A DNA stretch of 64,000 nt from Coriobacteriales bacterium. GTDB lineage: Bacteria; Actinomycetota; Coriobacteriia; Coriobacteriales; UBA8131. The translations under genes were made by a program, and so were the position numbers. Each line of letters begins with the position of its first letter. Position 1 is the stretch's first letter. The notes beneath the pieces were generated by a model, which worked only from the letters and a program-made list of their open reading frames with translations, did not search any database and had not been told where the DNA came from. The DNA is taken from assembly GCA_031282405.1 (NCBI GenBank), contig JAITDU010000023.1:911-64910 (forward strand), written 5' to 3'. This document shows positions 11,093 through 20,722 of the stretch, one piece after another.

Positions 11093-11425
11093 TTATGTGA
11101 CTATCTCGTAGGGCCAGGCAATAATGCCACCAAAACTCACGGCATTTTTGTAGCCCAAGCCTTGCAGAGTCTTGACCGCGGCGGCCGCGCGAAAGCCGGA
11201 ATGGCAATACACCAGTATGGAGGCATTTTTGTCCGGCAAATCACTGCCCGCGCGACTCTCGATGTGATCTGCAGGAATGTTGTGGGCATTTTTGACATGA
11301 CCTTTCGCGTATTCGTCGGGGCCACGCACATCAATAACGATAACTCCGCCCTGTTTCATCCGTTCATACGCCTCTTGGGGCGCTATCGCTTTTGGGTCGA
11401 CGAACTGCTTATCGGCGTGTTCCAT
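11093..11425 (-). CDS. Single-domain rhodanese (sulfurtransferase)
   Basis: IDVRGPDEYAKGHVKNA, active-site loop YCHSGFRA, GGIIAW; ATG at 11425 with GAGGGAG RBS. Confidence 0.9.
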   Translation of the reverse strand: MEHADKQFVDPKAIAPQEAYERMKQGGVIVIDVRGPDEYAKGHVKNAHNIPADHIESRAGSDLPDKNASILVYCHSGFRAAAAVKTLQGLGYKNAVSFGGIIAWPYEIVT

Positions 11426-11544
11426 GGTCTTTTCTCCCTCAATCCTTGTGGCAACGATTATCAATGGCTCCATTGTAACCGTCGGATGACGCATTTGGCA
11501 GCAACAATGGTATGATTGTGCGGAAACGAAAGGACCGTGCAACC

Positions 11545-12861
11545 ATGAGATTGCCCGACTTTAAGCTTACTCCAAAGATCGAAAACCTCGCAATAAAGAT
11601 AATTGATGATCTGGAGACGATGGAGAGAGTCGGCGACATCGATCTTTTATTCAAGCTGAGAAAGGCCGGCCGGATAAGTTCCATCCACTCGTCGGTGTCT
11701 ATCGAGGCTAATTCGCTGTCGCTGTTGGAAGTTACCGACATCATCAACGGCAGGAAGGTCTTCGGTGATCCGAGAGAGATCCAGGAGGTCAAAAACGCCT
11801 GGGATGCCTACGAGGATATTGGTGCGTACCGGCCCTATGTGATAGAGGATTTTTTGCGCGCTCATCGCAAGATGTCAAGTAAATTGGTGCGCGAGGCCGG
11901 GCGCTTTCGGAGCGTGGAAGTGGGTGTGTACAAGGGCTTTAAGCTGATACACGAAGGAGCGCGACCCCACGAAATCGTAGACTTGATGCAAGCGGCATTC
12001 GCATGGGGAGCCAAGTCCACAGCCCATCCATTAATCAAGAGTTGCGTTATTCATTTCCTCATCGAATATGTCCATCCGTTTGAGGATGGCAACGGTAGGA
12101 TGGGCAGACTGTGGCAAACGGTGATCCTTGCAGATTGGCTCCCTATTTTCCAATGGATTCCCGTAGAAACGATGGTATACCGGAATCAATACGGATACTA
12201 CGACGCACTGGGGGCCGCAGGAAAAGCCAATGACGCGGCGATTTTTGTGAGCTTCATGTTGGAGATTATCGGCTTTACCCTCACAGAAATAATCCGCAGC
12301 AAAACGATTCCTACCTACGAGAGAAGAGGAGAAACGATTGCGTTGCCTTATCTCCCCGATTTTTCGGCCTTTAACACAGGAGGGCTCGACCATACCGATA
12401 CATCCGGTAATTTTACCGATAAAATTGAGAATAATACTGATAAAAGCAGTAATTTTTTTGATTTATCGGTAATTAATGCCGAAAGATACGAAAATAGTAC
12501 TGATAAGCTTGAAAGGATTACCGATAAAGCTGCAATCAGTACCGATAGACCTGATAATGTTATCAATAGACGTAAGAATCCACCTGATGAACCACCTGGA
12601 TCGCTCGGTCTGGCAGGGCTGATTCCCTCGTTTTTTACCAACCGGCTCACAAAGACCGAAAAGGCTTTTCTGTTCGCGATATTCCCCTATCTGTGCGAGT
12701 ACGGCGAGATCAACAACTATCGCGCGCAAACTCTAACAAACAAATCAGCCGAAAGCGTTAAGAAACATCTGGCGACACTCGTACGCATCGGCTTTTTGCA
12801 AGCAATCGGTAAGAACAAGTCGCGGGTCTACCGTTTCGCAGACTTCAGCGTTTCAGCGTAG
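11545..12861 (+). CDS. Fic-family protein with internal TD heptad repeats and probable C-terminal winged HTH
   Basis: Canonical Fic motif HPFEDGNGRMGR; N-terminal SSVSIEAN inhibitory-type motif; C-terminal ..SVKKHLATLVRIGFLQAIGKNKSRVY. Confidence 0.9.
   Translation: MRLPDFKLTPKIENLAIKIIDDLETMERVGDIDLLFKLRKAGRISSIHSSVSIEANSLSLLEVTDIINGRKVFGDPREIQEVKNAWDAYEDIGAYRPYVIEDFLRAHRKMSSKLVREAGRFRSVEVGVYKGFKLIHEGARPHEIVDLMQAAFAWGAKSTAHPLIKSCVIHFLIEYVHPFEDGNGRMGRLWQTVILADWLPIFQWIPVETMVYRNQYGYYDALGAAGKANDAAIFVSFMLEIIGFTLTEIIRSKTIPTYERRGETIALPYLPDFSAFNTGGLDHTDTSGNFTDKIENNTDKSSNFFDLSVINAERYENSTDKLERITDKAAISTDRPDNVINRRKNPPDEPPGSLGLAGLIPSFFTNRLTKTEKAFLFAIFPYLCEYGEINNYRAQTLTNKSAESVKKHLATLVRIGFLQAIGKNKSRVYRFADFSVSA
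12393..12568 (+). repeat. 21-bp-phased array of TACYGATA inside the Fic CDS
   Basis: Exact copies at 12393, 12414, 12435, 12498, 12519, 12540; degenerate in-phase copies at 12456, 12477, 12561; one inverted copy at 12464. Confidence 0.85.
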
Positions 12862-12932
12862 AGGCAAAGTCGCATGAAGGCGCAAAAGGCGCGCCCAATT
12901 ACCACGGCGGACAGTGACCGGTTTGGCAGACT

Positions 12933-14759
12933 TCAGCACAAGAGAGAACCTGTAAGCGACATCTGCTGGTACAGCCCCGCGTCCATAAAGCCCAGGCTCC
13001 GATAGTATTCGCGCACTCCGACTGAACTTATGACGTTAATTTTTTCGTACCCTTGATCCCGTGCCGTTTCGCAAGCGACCTCAATAAGCCGTCTGCCCAG
13101 TCCGAGATGTTGGACACCTTCGCCGGTCTTGTGCAATTGGGCAACCGCGCCATAGACATGAACCTCTCTGATCATCGCCTCGCGCAGCCCGATGGGCAGA
13201 ATCGATTGATGCTCACGCACATAGCTGAGCTTTGGGAGAGAAAGCCTCAGAAATCCCGCGAGTTGACGCGCAGGCGTTACCCATTGTATAAAGTGCTCCT
13301 CGGTTGTTGTGGTCTCATAAATAAGGCTCTCCAACGCCAGAGAATTAACATCGACTTTGCGTGTGCCTATCTCCCGATAACGCATCTCTTCTATGAGCGC
13401 TCCCCTTTCCTCGATTCTACCCTCCACCAGTTGCCTGAGGTTGGTTTTTTTGTTGCCGACCAGAATGTCACGAGCGGAGATATCCCTGACCATCCGCGAT
13501 ATTCTCACAAATTCCGGCGTGGCGAGCGTGTCTTTGACCAGAAGATCAATCAGTTCCTCTTCGCCGTATGGTTGCCAGGTTCCCTCGGCATAGCGGACGC
13601 ACAGTCCTGTGCCGTCAACGAGTGCACAAGGATACAGCTTGACCTCGTCTGGCAGATACGCCGGTTTGGTAACAAGACGCCGATAATCGCTTTCGTCTTC
13701 CTCCGGAGAGGATCCATAGAGGTTCAGCATGAAATGTGTCTGTATCTTAAAGCCAAAGACCCGCAATAGCTCAAAGGCCCGGCGAATCCTGTCTACGCTG
13801 ATGTTGCGGTTGTTCAGGTTAAGGATGGCAGGGTTCAGGCTTTGGATGCCGATTTGCACCTTGGTGCAGCCAAGGCGGCGTATTAATGTTAGGCTTTCGG
13901 CGGTAATGGTATCGGGGCGCGTCTCAATGACCAGGCCAACGACCCGGTGTTGAGAAGTCTCGTTGAGAATATGCTGCCTTACTAGCATATTAAAATCGGC
14001 TGTTTGTCTGTGTGCGATATGCTCCCAGACGCTTCCTTTACCATACAGCCGTTCTATTGCCTGATTGTAGGTGAGAAGACCCTCGTTCACCTGTTGCTGG
14101 TATTTGGCAACGTGCTGCGCCAGGGTGTCCGCGCGACTGCTCAGGCCCTTCTCACAATATATCTTGCGTCGCTCCTTGGCATTCTGCTCGGCAGCGGTAC
14201 CGTCGTTAAGCGCCCTGAACAGCTCGGCAATGAACCACACCCGATACCCTATAGGATAGTCGTTCCACGTGCCTCCCAAAACGATCAGTTCGATTTTATC
14301 AGTAGCATGTCCCATGTGTGTCAGTGTGCGCAAACGCGATACTACCTGCAAATACGGATCAAAGTAGTTCCGCTCAGCCCTTTGACAGGCGGGCTCGTCG
14401 CTCAGGTAACTTTTTGGCATTCTTACATCATTTGGACAATACAGGCAGTCGCTCGTGCACCCCTGCGGTCTTGTAATAACCGTGATGGTCGCAACGCCGG
14501 ATGCGGTTCTGCGCGGCTTTGCCTGCAGTATCCGCAGCAACTGCTCTTCCATTGCCAACGTGACACCCCATTGAGCCCAACGCTCAGGATCCGAATCCTT
14601 TATCCTAAAATAATACGGCAAAAGCCGTTTCTTTGAGACATGCCGTCTGTTGCCGACGAGGTTTTTGTTATGCTTTCGGATGATCTTTGCGAGAAGCCCG
14701 TCATTTAGACGACCGTTCTCGCGAAGCTCGGTGAGTATCTCCAGCAGGACTGTTTCCAT
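12933..14759 (-). CDS. elp3: Elp3-family radical SAM/acetyltransferase (tRNA U34 carboxymethyltransferase)
   Basis: RTASGVATITV, CTSDCLYC radical-SAM motif, MPKSY, DKIELIVLGGTW, IETRPD, GFLRL, IREVHVYG, QHLGLGRRLI, VISSVGVREYYRSLGF. Confidence 0.92.
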   Translation of the reverse strand: METVLLEILTELRENGRLNDGLLAKIIRKHNKNLVGNRRHVSKKRLLPYYFRIKDSDPERWAQWGVTLAMEEQLLRILQAKPRRTASGVATITVITRPQGCTSDCLYCPNDVRMPKSYLSDEPACQRAERNYFDPYLQVVSRLRTLTHMGHATDKIELIVLGGTWNDYPIGYRVWFIAELFRALNDGTAAEQNAKERRKIYCEKGLSSRADTLAQHVAKYQQQVNEGLLTYNQAIERLYGKGSVWEHIAHRQTADFNMLVRQHILNETSQHRVVGLVIETRPDTITAESLTLIRRLGCTKVQIGIQSLNPAILNLNNRNISVDRIRRAFELLRVFGFKIQTHFMLNLYGSSPEEDESDYRRLVTKPAYLPDEVKLYPCALVDGTGLCVRYAEGTWQPYGEEELIDLLVKDTLATPEFVRISRMVRDISARDILVGNKKTNLRQLVEGRIEERGALIEEMRYREIGTRKVDVNSLALESLIYETTTTEEHFIQWVTPARQLAGFLRLSLPKLSYVREHQSILPIGLREAMIREVHVYGAVAQLHKTGEGVQHLGLGRRLIEVACETARDQGYEKINVISSVGVREYYRSLGFMDAGLYQQMSLTGSLLC

Positions 14760-14813
14760 AATATGAGGATTCTATACCATAAGGGACATTAAAACAGATG
14801 GACACTGAGACAA

Positions 14814-15644
14814 ATGGACATTAAGACAGCCGCCCGGCTCCAAAACATTACGAACGAGTTTTATCAAAGCGTTGCCGCCTCATTTTCAGAGACGCGAAAA
14901 TCCCCCTGGCCCGGCTGGTCACACTGCCTTGACATTATACGGAGTATGTGTCTGGGAGAGGCTACAGACCTCAGGACCAAACCCGGCGTAACAGTCGATA
15001 CCCTGCGGAGCACATGTAAGGGAGAGGGCCGGGCTCTTTCGGTCTTTGATCTGGCATGCGGCAATTTAAGGTTCGAGGTCTATCTTGCCGACGCACTCCC
15101 CGAGACTGCTCTTACCTTCTACGCTGTGGACAACTGCGACAGCACCAATAAAAGCGGCATTCGGCACCAGGTTCACTACCAAAACCTTGACGTGCTCAGC
15201 GCTTTGCATAAAAACCAGCCTCTTGCCGAGCAATTTGCGGCCCCTTTGTGCGATGTGTCCGCCTCGTTCGGCTTTTTACATCACGTCCCTCTCAAGGAGC
15301 ACCGGCAGGAACTGTTGACCAGCCTCGTACAGCAGACTCTCCCCGGCGGTCTTGTCATCATTACCTTCTGGCGATTTTTAGACGACGCGGCCTTGGCAAA
15401 AAAAGCGCAGGTCACACATGCGCAAGCCCTACAGGAACTCGAGTTACCCGATTTGGACGACGGTGATTATCTGCTTGGCTGGAAGAACACTCCGGGAACA
15501 TACCGCTACTGTCATAGCTTTAACGAAGCCGAAATCGACCAACTCGCTGGCTCACTCGCAGACAAGACGTTAGTAGTCTCGCGTTTTACGGCAGACGGCA
15601 AAACCGGCACCTTGAACACCTACCTGATCTTGAAGGTTCTTTGA
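14814..15644 (+). CDS. Class I SAM-dependent methyltransferase, Trm9/ALKBH8-like
   Basis: FYQSVAASFSETRKSPWPG, motif I DLACGN, FGFLHH, PGG, YRYCHSF. Confidence 0.8.
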   Translation: MDIKTAARLQNITNEFYQSVAASFSETRKSPWPGWSHCLDIIRSMCLGEATDLRTKPGVTVDTLRSTCKGEGRALSVFDLACGNLRFEVYLADALPETALTFYAVDNCDSTNKSGIRHQVHYQNLDVLSALHKNQPLAEQFAAPLCDVSASFGFLHHVPLKEHRQELLTSLVQQTLPGGLVIITFWRFLDDAALAKKAQVTHAQALQELELPDLDDGDYLLGWKNTPGTYRYCHSFNEAEIDQLAGSLADKTLVVSRFTADGKTGTLNTYLILKVL

Positions 15645-15780
15645 GGCACTGTCGTCGAGGTGTACGTTCGTCTGACACCCCACTACAAAATGGTATTCTG
15701 TTTTTATACAGACCGTTTCTTGCAGCAAAAATTGCAGGAGAGTATATGTTCCTCATAAAAAGACAACACAGGAAGAATTC

Positions 15781-16296
15781 GTGAACAATCCGCAAAGTGA
15801 GCGCATCGTACATCCTTGGCCGCCGTTTTATAGCAGCAACTCACGGCTGCTCATTTTGGGAACCATTCCCTCCCCTGCCTCGCGAGAGATGGGCTTTTTC
15901 TACGGACATCCACAAAACATCTTCTGGAGGATTCTTGCCGAAGTGCTTGATGTGCCTGAGCCTCCTCGTACCATTGAAGCACGCAGGCTGTTTTTGCGGG
16001 AGAACAGGATTGCGCTTTGGGATGTGCTCCACGCTGCTACGATAGTTGGTGCGGCTGATGCGAGTATCCGTAACCCTGAGCCGAATATCTTCTCAGCACT
16101 TCTTAGAGCTTGCGACATACAGGCTATCTTTACAACCGGTAAGCAAGCGACCCGGCTGTTCAACGAGCTTTGTGCAGCGGAGGCGGGAATACAGGCGACC
16201 TATCTACCCTCGACAAGCCCCGCAAATCGCGCTGCTCAGGCCAAACCGGAGTTCAAAGCCCACTGGCAAAAGGTCGCCGTGGTTCTTCGCTCGTGA
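15781..16296 (+). CDS. Uracil-DNA glycosylase superfamily protein (hypoxanthine/DNA-deoxyinosine glycosylase type)
   Basis: LILGTIPSPASR, FFYGHPQNIFW, IALWDV, LPSTSPAN. Confidence 0.88.
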   Translation: MNNPQSERIVHPWPPFYSSNSRLLILGTIPSPASREMGFFYGHPQNIFWRILAEVLDVPEPPRTIEARRLFLRENRIALWDVLHAATIVGAADASIRNPEPNIFSALLRACDIQAIFTTGKQATRLFNELCAAEAGIQATYLPSTSPANRAAQAKPEFKAHWQKVAVVLRS

Positions 16297-16517
16297 GCTG
16301 TCAAGAGACGAGAACATCCAACGCGGAATTGATATGATGAACTACCCTCAAGCAAGCTACAGGGAATGGAATTGTTTGCTTGAGGGGCCGGCACATGCTT
16401 CCGATACGGCTTTTGTTCGACAGTGGTGCCTTTCTGCGCTTTTCTGCGCCATAATCGTCGTCTGTCCTCTCTGTCTCGACTTTCTTTCTTTACGGTGAAA
16501 GATGCGATCCTGTATGG

Positions 16518-16540
16518 TACAATAGTTTAAACGATTAAAC
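16518..16540 (+). promoter_or_regulatory. -10 element and probable ArsR operator
   Basis: TACAAT (16518-16523) followed by inverted repeat GTTTAA-ACGA-TTAAAC just upstream of the ArsR gene. Confidence 0.55.
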
Positions 16541-16559
16541 TTTTATAAGGAGTGGGCCC

Positions 16560-16895
16560 GTGGATGACAAAGGACTTCTAAAAGAATTCTCTGATTGTCG
16601 CAAGTTATTGGTAGCTATTGGCGATGAAACCAGGCAGACTATCATTGCCGCGCTTGCCTGTGCTCATTGCACAGTTGGTATGCGCGTGGGTGAGGTCACT
16701 CAAAAAACACATCTGTCGCGTCCTGCCGTATCGCACCACATCAAGATTTTGCTTGATGCGGGAGTAATCGGTTTGCGCCCACAGGGAACGATGAATTTTT
16801 ACTACCTAAAACTCGGCGGCGCGTGGCAAGAGCTGGTTGCTCTTGTCAACCATATTGAAAAAATTCGCGGTGAATACTGTGGGAAGGATTGCTAG
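16560..16895 (+). CDS. ArsR/SmtB family transcriptional regulator
   Basis: AIGDETRQ, LSRPAVSHHIKIL, GTMNFYY. Confidence 0.9.
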   Translation: MDDKGLLKEFSDCRKLLVAIGDETRQTIIAALACAHCTVGMRVGEVTQKTHLSRPAVSHHIKILLDAGVIGLRPQGTMNFYYLKLGGAWQELVALVNHIEKIRGEYCGKDC

Positions 16896-18073
16896 TGCAG
16901 TATCGGCTTGATCAAAAATCGGGAAACAGACTGTCTGCATTGGGATTTGGCTGTATGCGATTTCCGCGCAGCATTACCATCGACGTGGCCAAAAGCGAAA
17001 GGTTGGTGCTCGAAGCAATCGAAAAAGGTGTTAATTACTTTGATACCGCCTACGTTTACGGCGGCAGCGAAGATGTGCTCGGAGAGATTCTGCGCAAAAA
17101 CAATCTGCGCGACAAAATATATCTTGCCACAAAACTACCTCACGAAAAATGCAAAAGCTATGAAGATTTTGACCGTTATTTTAACGAACAGCTACGGCGT
17201 TTGCATACCGATTATATCGACTACTATTTGATTCATAATGTGGCTGATATAAACGCGTGGAAGGCGGTCGTTGCCACTGGTCTTGAAAAATGGCTTGCCC
17301 AAAAGAAAACGAGTGGACAGATCCATCGTGTCGGCTTTTCGTTTCATGGCGTACAAGCAGAATTTTTGCGGCTTTTAGACGCTTACCCGTGGGATCTTTG
17401 CCAAATTCAGTATAACTATATGAATGAAAATTATCAGGCGGGGCAAGGCGGACTACACCGGGCGTATGAAAAAGGCTTGCCCGTCATCATTATGGAACCT
17501 TTGCTGGGAGGAAAGCTGGCAGGCGGTGTGCCAAAAAAAGCTCTGCGCCTATTCAACGAGGCAAATCCTGACACTACACCGGCCTCTTGGGGGCTAAAAT
17601 GGCTTTGGAATCAACCGGGAGTTACCGTTGTCTTGTCGGGAATGAACGCACCAGAACAGCTTGCCGACAACCTCAAAACTGCCGAAATCGCAACGGTCGG
17701 AACGCTCACAGACAGCGAACTCGCGGTCATAGAAAAAGTCAGAGCCGTGTTTGAAGAAAGCTACAGGACACCTTGTACAGGGTGTAATTACTGCATGCCG
17801 TGTCCCCACAAGGTAAATATCCCCGACTGTTTTGCCGCATACAACGCCTCTTACGCTAACGGTTTTGTCACAGGCATGACCCAATACCTGACCAGCACAA
17901 ACGTACTTCATTCCTCAAGCGGACTCAGGGCGTCAAACTGCGTGAAGTGTGGCTTATGCGAGAAAAAATGTCCGCAACACATAAAGATTCCCACAGAACT
18001 TGCAAAAGTGCAAAAAAGGCTTGAGCCATTTTGGTTCAGTGCGCTACTCAAAATAACGCAGAAGGTGATGTGA
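16889..18073 (+). CDS. Aldo/keto reductase with C-terminal 4Fe-4S dicluster
   Basis: LGFGCMRFP, GVNYFDTAYVY, LATKLP, IMEPLLGG, CTGCNYCMPCP, CVKCGLCEKKCPQ. Confidence 0.92.
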   Translation: MLVQYRLDQKSGNRLSALGFGCMRFPRSITIDVAKSERLVLEAIEKGVNYFDTAYVYGGSEDVLGEILRKNNLRDKIYLATKLPHEKCKSYEDFDRYFNEQLRRLHTDYIDYYLIHNVADINAWKAVVATGLEKWLAQKKTSGQIHRVGFSFHGVQAEFLRLLDAYPWDLCQIQYNYMNENYQAGQGGLHRAYEKGLPVIIMEPLLGGKLAGGVPKKALRLFNEANPDTTPASWGLKWLWNQPGVTVVLSGMNAPEQLADNLKTAEIATVGTLTDSELAVIEKVRAVFEESYRTPCTGCNYCMPCPHKVNIPDCFAAYNASYANGFVTGMTQYLTSTNVLHSSSGLRASNCVKCGLCEKKCPQHIKIPTELAKVQKRLEPFWFSALLKITQKVM

Positions 18074-18350
18074 GGAAGATAGACAGGTCAGAGTGAGACA
18101 ATAAGATAACCAACGGCAAAAAATTATAGACACGGATCTGTCGCGGATCTGTCTCTTGTCTACATGTTGTGAAGAACCCGCGACGATAAGGCGCTACGCT
18201 ATGTTCGGCCCAGAGCAAGGGATCTGTTCAAACTCTGACTTTGTTGTTGCCTCCGTCCTCTCTTTGTGTGCCTCTCGTGTCTCTACACACATTCGGCTGT
18301 ATCTCTTGCCGGTTTTGACATCAAGGGCAATGCTTCTGCCTCTCCTGTTG

Positions 18351-19250
18351 TCACGTCTGTCCAAAATAAGTATTGAGAGCTACGAGCATATCGCCTACGC
18401 AGATCCCGGCATTGAAGGCCACCGTATAATTTTGCGTATCGGTAACATCTTCTTGGAAACACTCGTAGCGGTCAGTGATTGGCGAGACAAACAAGATTGG
18501 CTTATCAGACGAAAGGCGCACGACACCATGGGTAGTTTCGATGGATACCGCCGTAGTTTTGTCGGCCGGCCCGTAGTGATCGAACGCCTCTCGTGCTTCC
18601 TTGTCAGCTTTTTCGTACATCGAATAATCTGTTATGTTGATGACGCCGACTGCCGCATAGTCGGGAGAGGCCAAGCAGGTCATTTTTGCGGCCGGATGTC
18701 GCACGGCAGGAATGAAACGTGCGGTTGCGCCGTCTGCAAAGGTCCCGCCAAAAAGGGCGAACACCGCTTCGTTCATATTGTTGGGAATAAATACCTTGTC
18801 AGGGGGGATAATCAGGTGGCTACAAGGATTATCAGGGTCAGCGTCGTGCAGGAAAAAGCTGCCGCCTATATACACAGAACCATTCTCGGATGATTCAGTA
18901 GAGGTATAAGCAGCGGATTCTGCCGTGCTGACGCTGATAATATAATCTGGATTGTCCGCATGTATATACGAAGGAAGTACCTTGTATTTGGCCTCAGAAC
19001 TTGAAGTATTGTCATTCGGCAGCATCAAATCTTCGATACAACGGACAATGACATCACTGTTACTCAGGCGATACCGCGCGCGAGGATCCGACATCCGGTT
19101 ATCGCCGTCTTTCGGAGTGTTAATGACAGAGGGAAAGGGGAGCTCGGGTGATCGTAGTTTAGGGTTTGTCATTGCAGCAAGAAACGGCTCCGTCTCCCAA
19201 TTCTTGTTTACGATAACCTCAACTAACGGTCTTTGAACCAATGATTCCAT
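18351..19250 (-). CDS. Hypothetical protein, possible remote nucleoside phosphorylase (PNP/MTAN)-fold
   Basis: 299-aa ORF with AAAGGAA RBS; motif order IISVSTA..SIETTHGVVRL..LFVSPITD..AFNAG resembles PNP-fold GxAG, vEME and ISD elements. Confidence 0.6.
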   Translation of the reverse strand: MESLVQRPLVEVIVNKNWETEPFLAAMTNPKLRSPELPFPSVINTPKDGDNRMSDPRARYRLSNSDVIVRCIEDLMLPNDNTSSSEAKYKVLPSYIHADNPDYIISVSTAESAAYTSTESSENGSVYIGGSFFLHDADPDNPCSHLIIPPDKVFIPNNMNEAVFALFGGTFADGATARFIPAVRHPAAKMTCLASPDYAAVGVINITDYSMYEKADKEAREAFDHYGPADKTTAVSIETTHGVVRLSSDKPILFVSPITDRYECFQEDVTDTQNYTVAFNAGICVGDMLVALNTYFGQT

Positions 19251-19313
19251 CTCCGTGTTCCTTTCGTCTGGGGAAGAGCCGGCTGTATCCGCGGCTCACA
19301 AACGTCGCATTGC

Positions 19314-20276
19314 TCACGAATCAACGGTAATTTCCGGCAGTATCGTCCACGGTTGAGAAGGGCGGTCATGCAAAAATGGTGCCAGGTGGTCAAACTGGGG
19401 GTGCGCTTCCAAAAACTCCTGAGCATACCACGCTGTGCCACAACTGCTGCCCCAGCGTGCATTAAGTTGCAATCTCTCAGCGAGTATGGCATCTATCCCC
19501 ATCCCATCGATAGCGCCGCGCGGCTGATAGGGCTTTGCGCGTGACGTTGTAAAACTCCAACCCTTCCTCAAGTTCCCAGATCGAGTCGTCGCGATAATCT
19601 GCTAAAAGCCACGTGTTGGCATAGTCACCGGATTCCCCCTTGCGCATGATGCTGACAAAAGAGGTCGCATCGCCCTCGTCATTGATTGAGGTGAAGTGTT
19701 GGACAGCCCGACGTATGCGGTCAAACTCCGGTATGCTATCAGGATTGTAGCGGTTAAAGCCTCCGATTGTTGTTTCAGTGATGGCAACACGGGCGTTCGT
19801 CTTTTCGCCAACTTCAACCACATAAAAATCCGCCATGGAATGGACATAGCCGATCTGTGTCTGCATGGTAAACCTGTGCCCCTCTTTGGGTGTGATTTGC
19901 GCAATTACATTGGAGTAACCGCTGGTTTCAAAAACGTGACTCCTGCGGCAATCGCTTTTAACTCCTCGGCTATCTCTGGGGAAAGTTTGCCGTCTGCAAG
20001 GCGCTGTACGTCGGCACGAGCATAGTCATAGTCGACACCCATACACACCCACACATGCGTGCGGGTCTCCTCGATATAGGCACGAATCTCTTCTGCGAGC
20101 ATGACTCCGTGGTCGTAGCTGATCTGATAGTTTGTGCCTTTCAGATCCAAAACATACCACCCGTCTTTATATCCGCAACTGCCACCGTATTTGGTGCGTA
20201 CTTTGCGTTGTCCAGGTTTGAATTCTGGCGCGGATTCTCGTGAGGCTTCTAGCTTGGATTCCGGTTTAGATTTCAT
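19314..20276 (-). pseudogene. Fragmented C45 peptidase/phospholipase B-like (Ntn hydrolase) gene
   Basis: Three consecutive frames: GWYVLDLKGTNYQISYDHGVMLAEEI; ITETTIGGF..PEFDRIRRAVQ..GDYANTWL..ELEEGL; ARWGSSCG..HPQF..DRPSQPW. Frameshifts and apparent internal deletions. Confidence 0.7.
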
Positions 20277-20378
20277 GATCCCACTCCCTCTCAGTTCCGC
20301 TTAAAAAGCACCAAAGACAGGGTTGTCCTCAACTTATTTATGATACCATATCACGCGTCTTATTGAGGGCGATAATGT

Positions 20379-20635
20379 AACACAAAGGGGACGGTGGTTT
20401 TTGTGTTAGACTATGCATAAGCTTTGCAGCAGATAGAAGGGCTTCTCCATGTCCAGGCAGTCCCGACACCCAAGCGCTACTAGATGTTCAACAGCTTGCC
20501 TTGGCCGATCGGAATCAGCTGCTGCGGCAGCTGAAAAACAACGGCGCATCGCTTAGGAGAATTTCTCGTTTGACAGGGGTACCTATCGGAGTGATTTGAG
20601 GCGTTTAACACAAAAACCACCGTCCCCTTTGTGTT
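20379..20635. mobile_element. 257-bp REPIN/MITE-like element: 30-bp perfect inverted repeats enclosing a RAYT-like transposase C-terminal remnant
   Basis: AACACAAAGGGGACGGTGGTTTTTGTGTTA (20379-20408) and its exact reverse complement (20606-20635). The interior on + reads LDVQQLALADRNQLLRQLKNNGASLRRISRLTGVPIGVI*. Confidence 0.75.
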
Positions 20636-20722
20636 CTTTAGTGGAGAGTTGCCGTGCGTAAGCATGGCTATTTGGGTTTATACGATAAAAGACTGACAAA
20701 CCAGGAGGAAACGAGGCAAACA

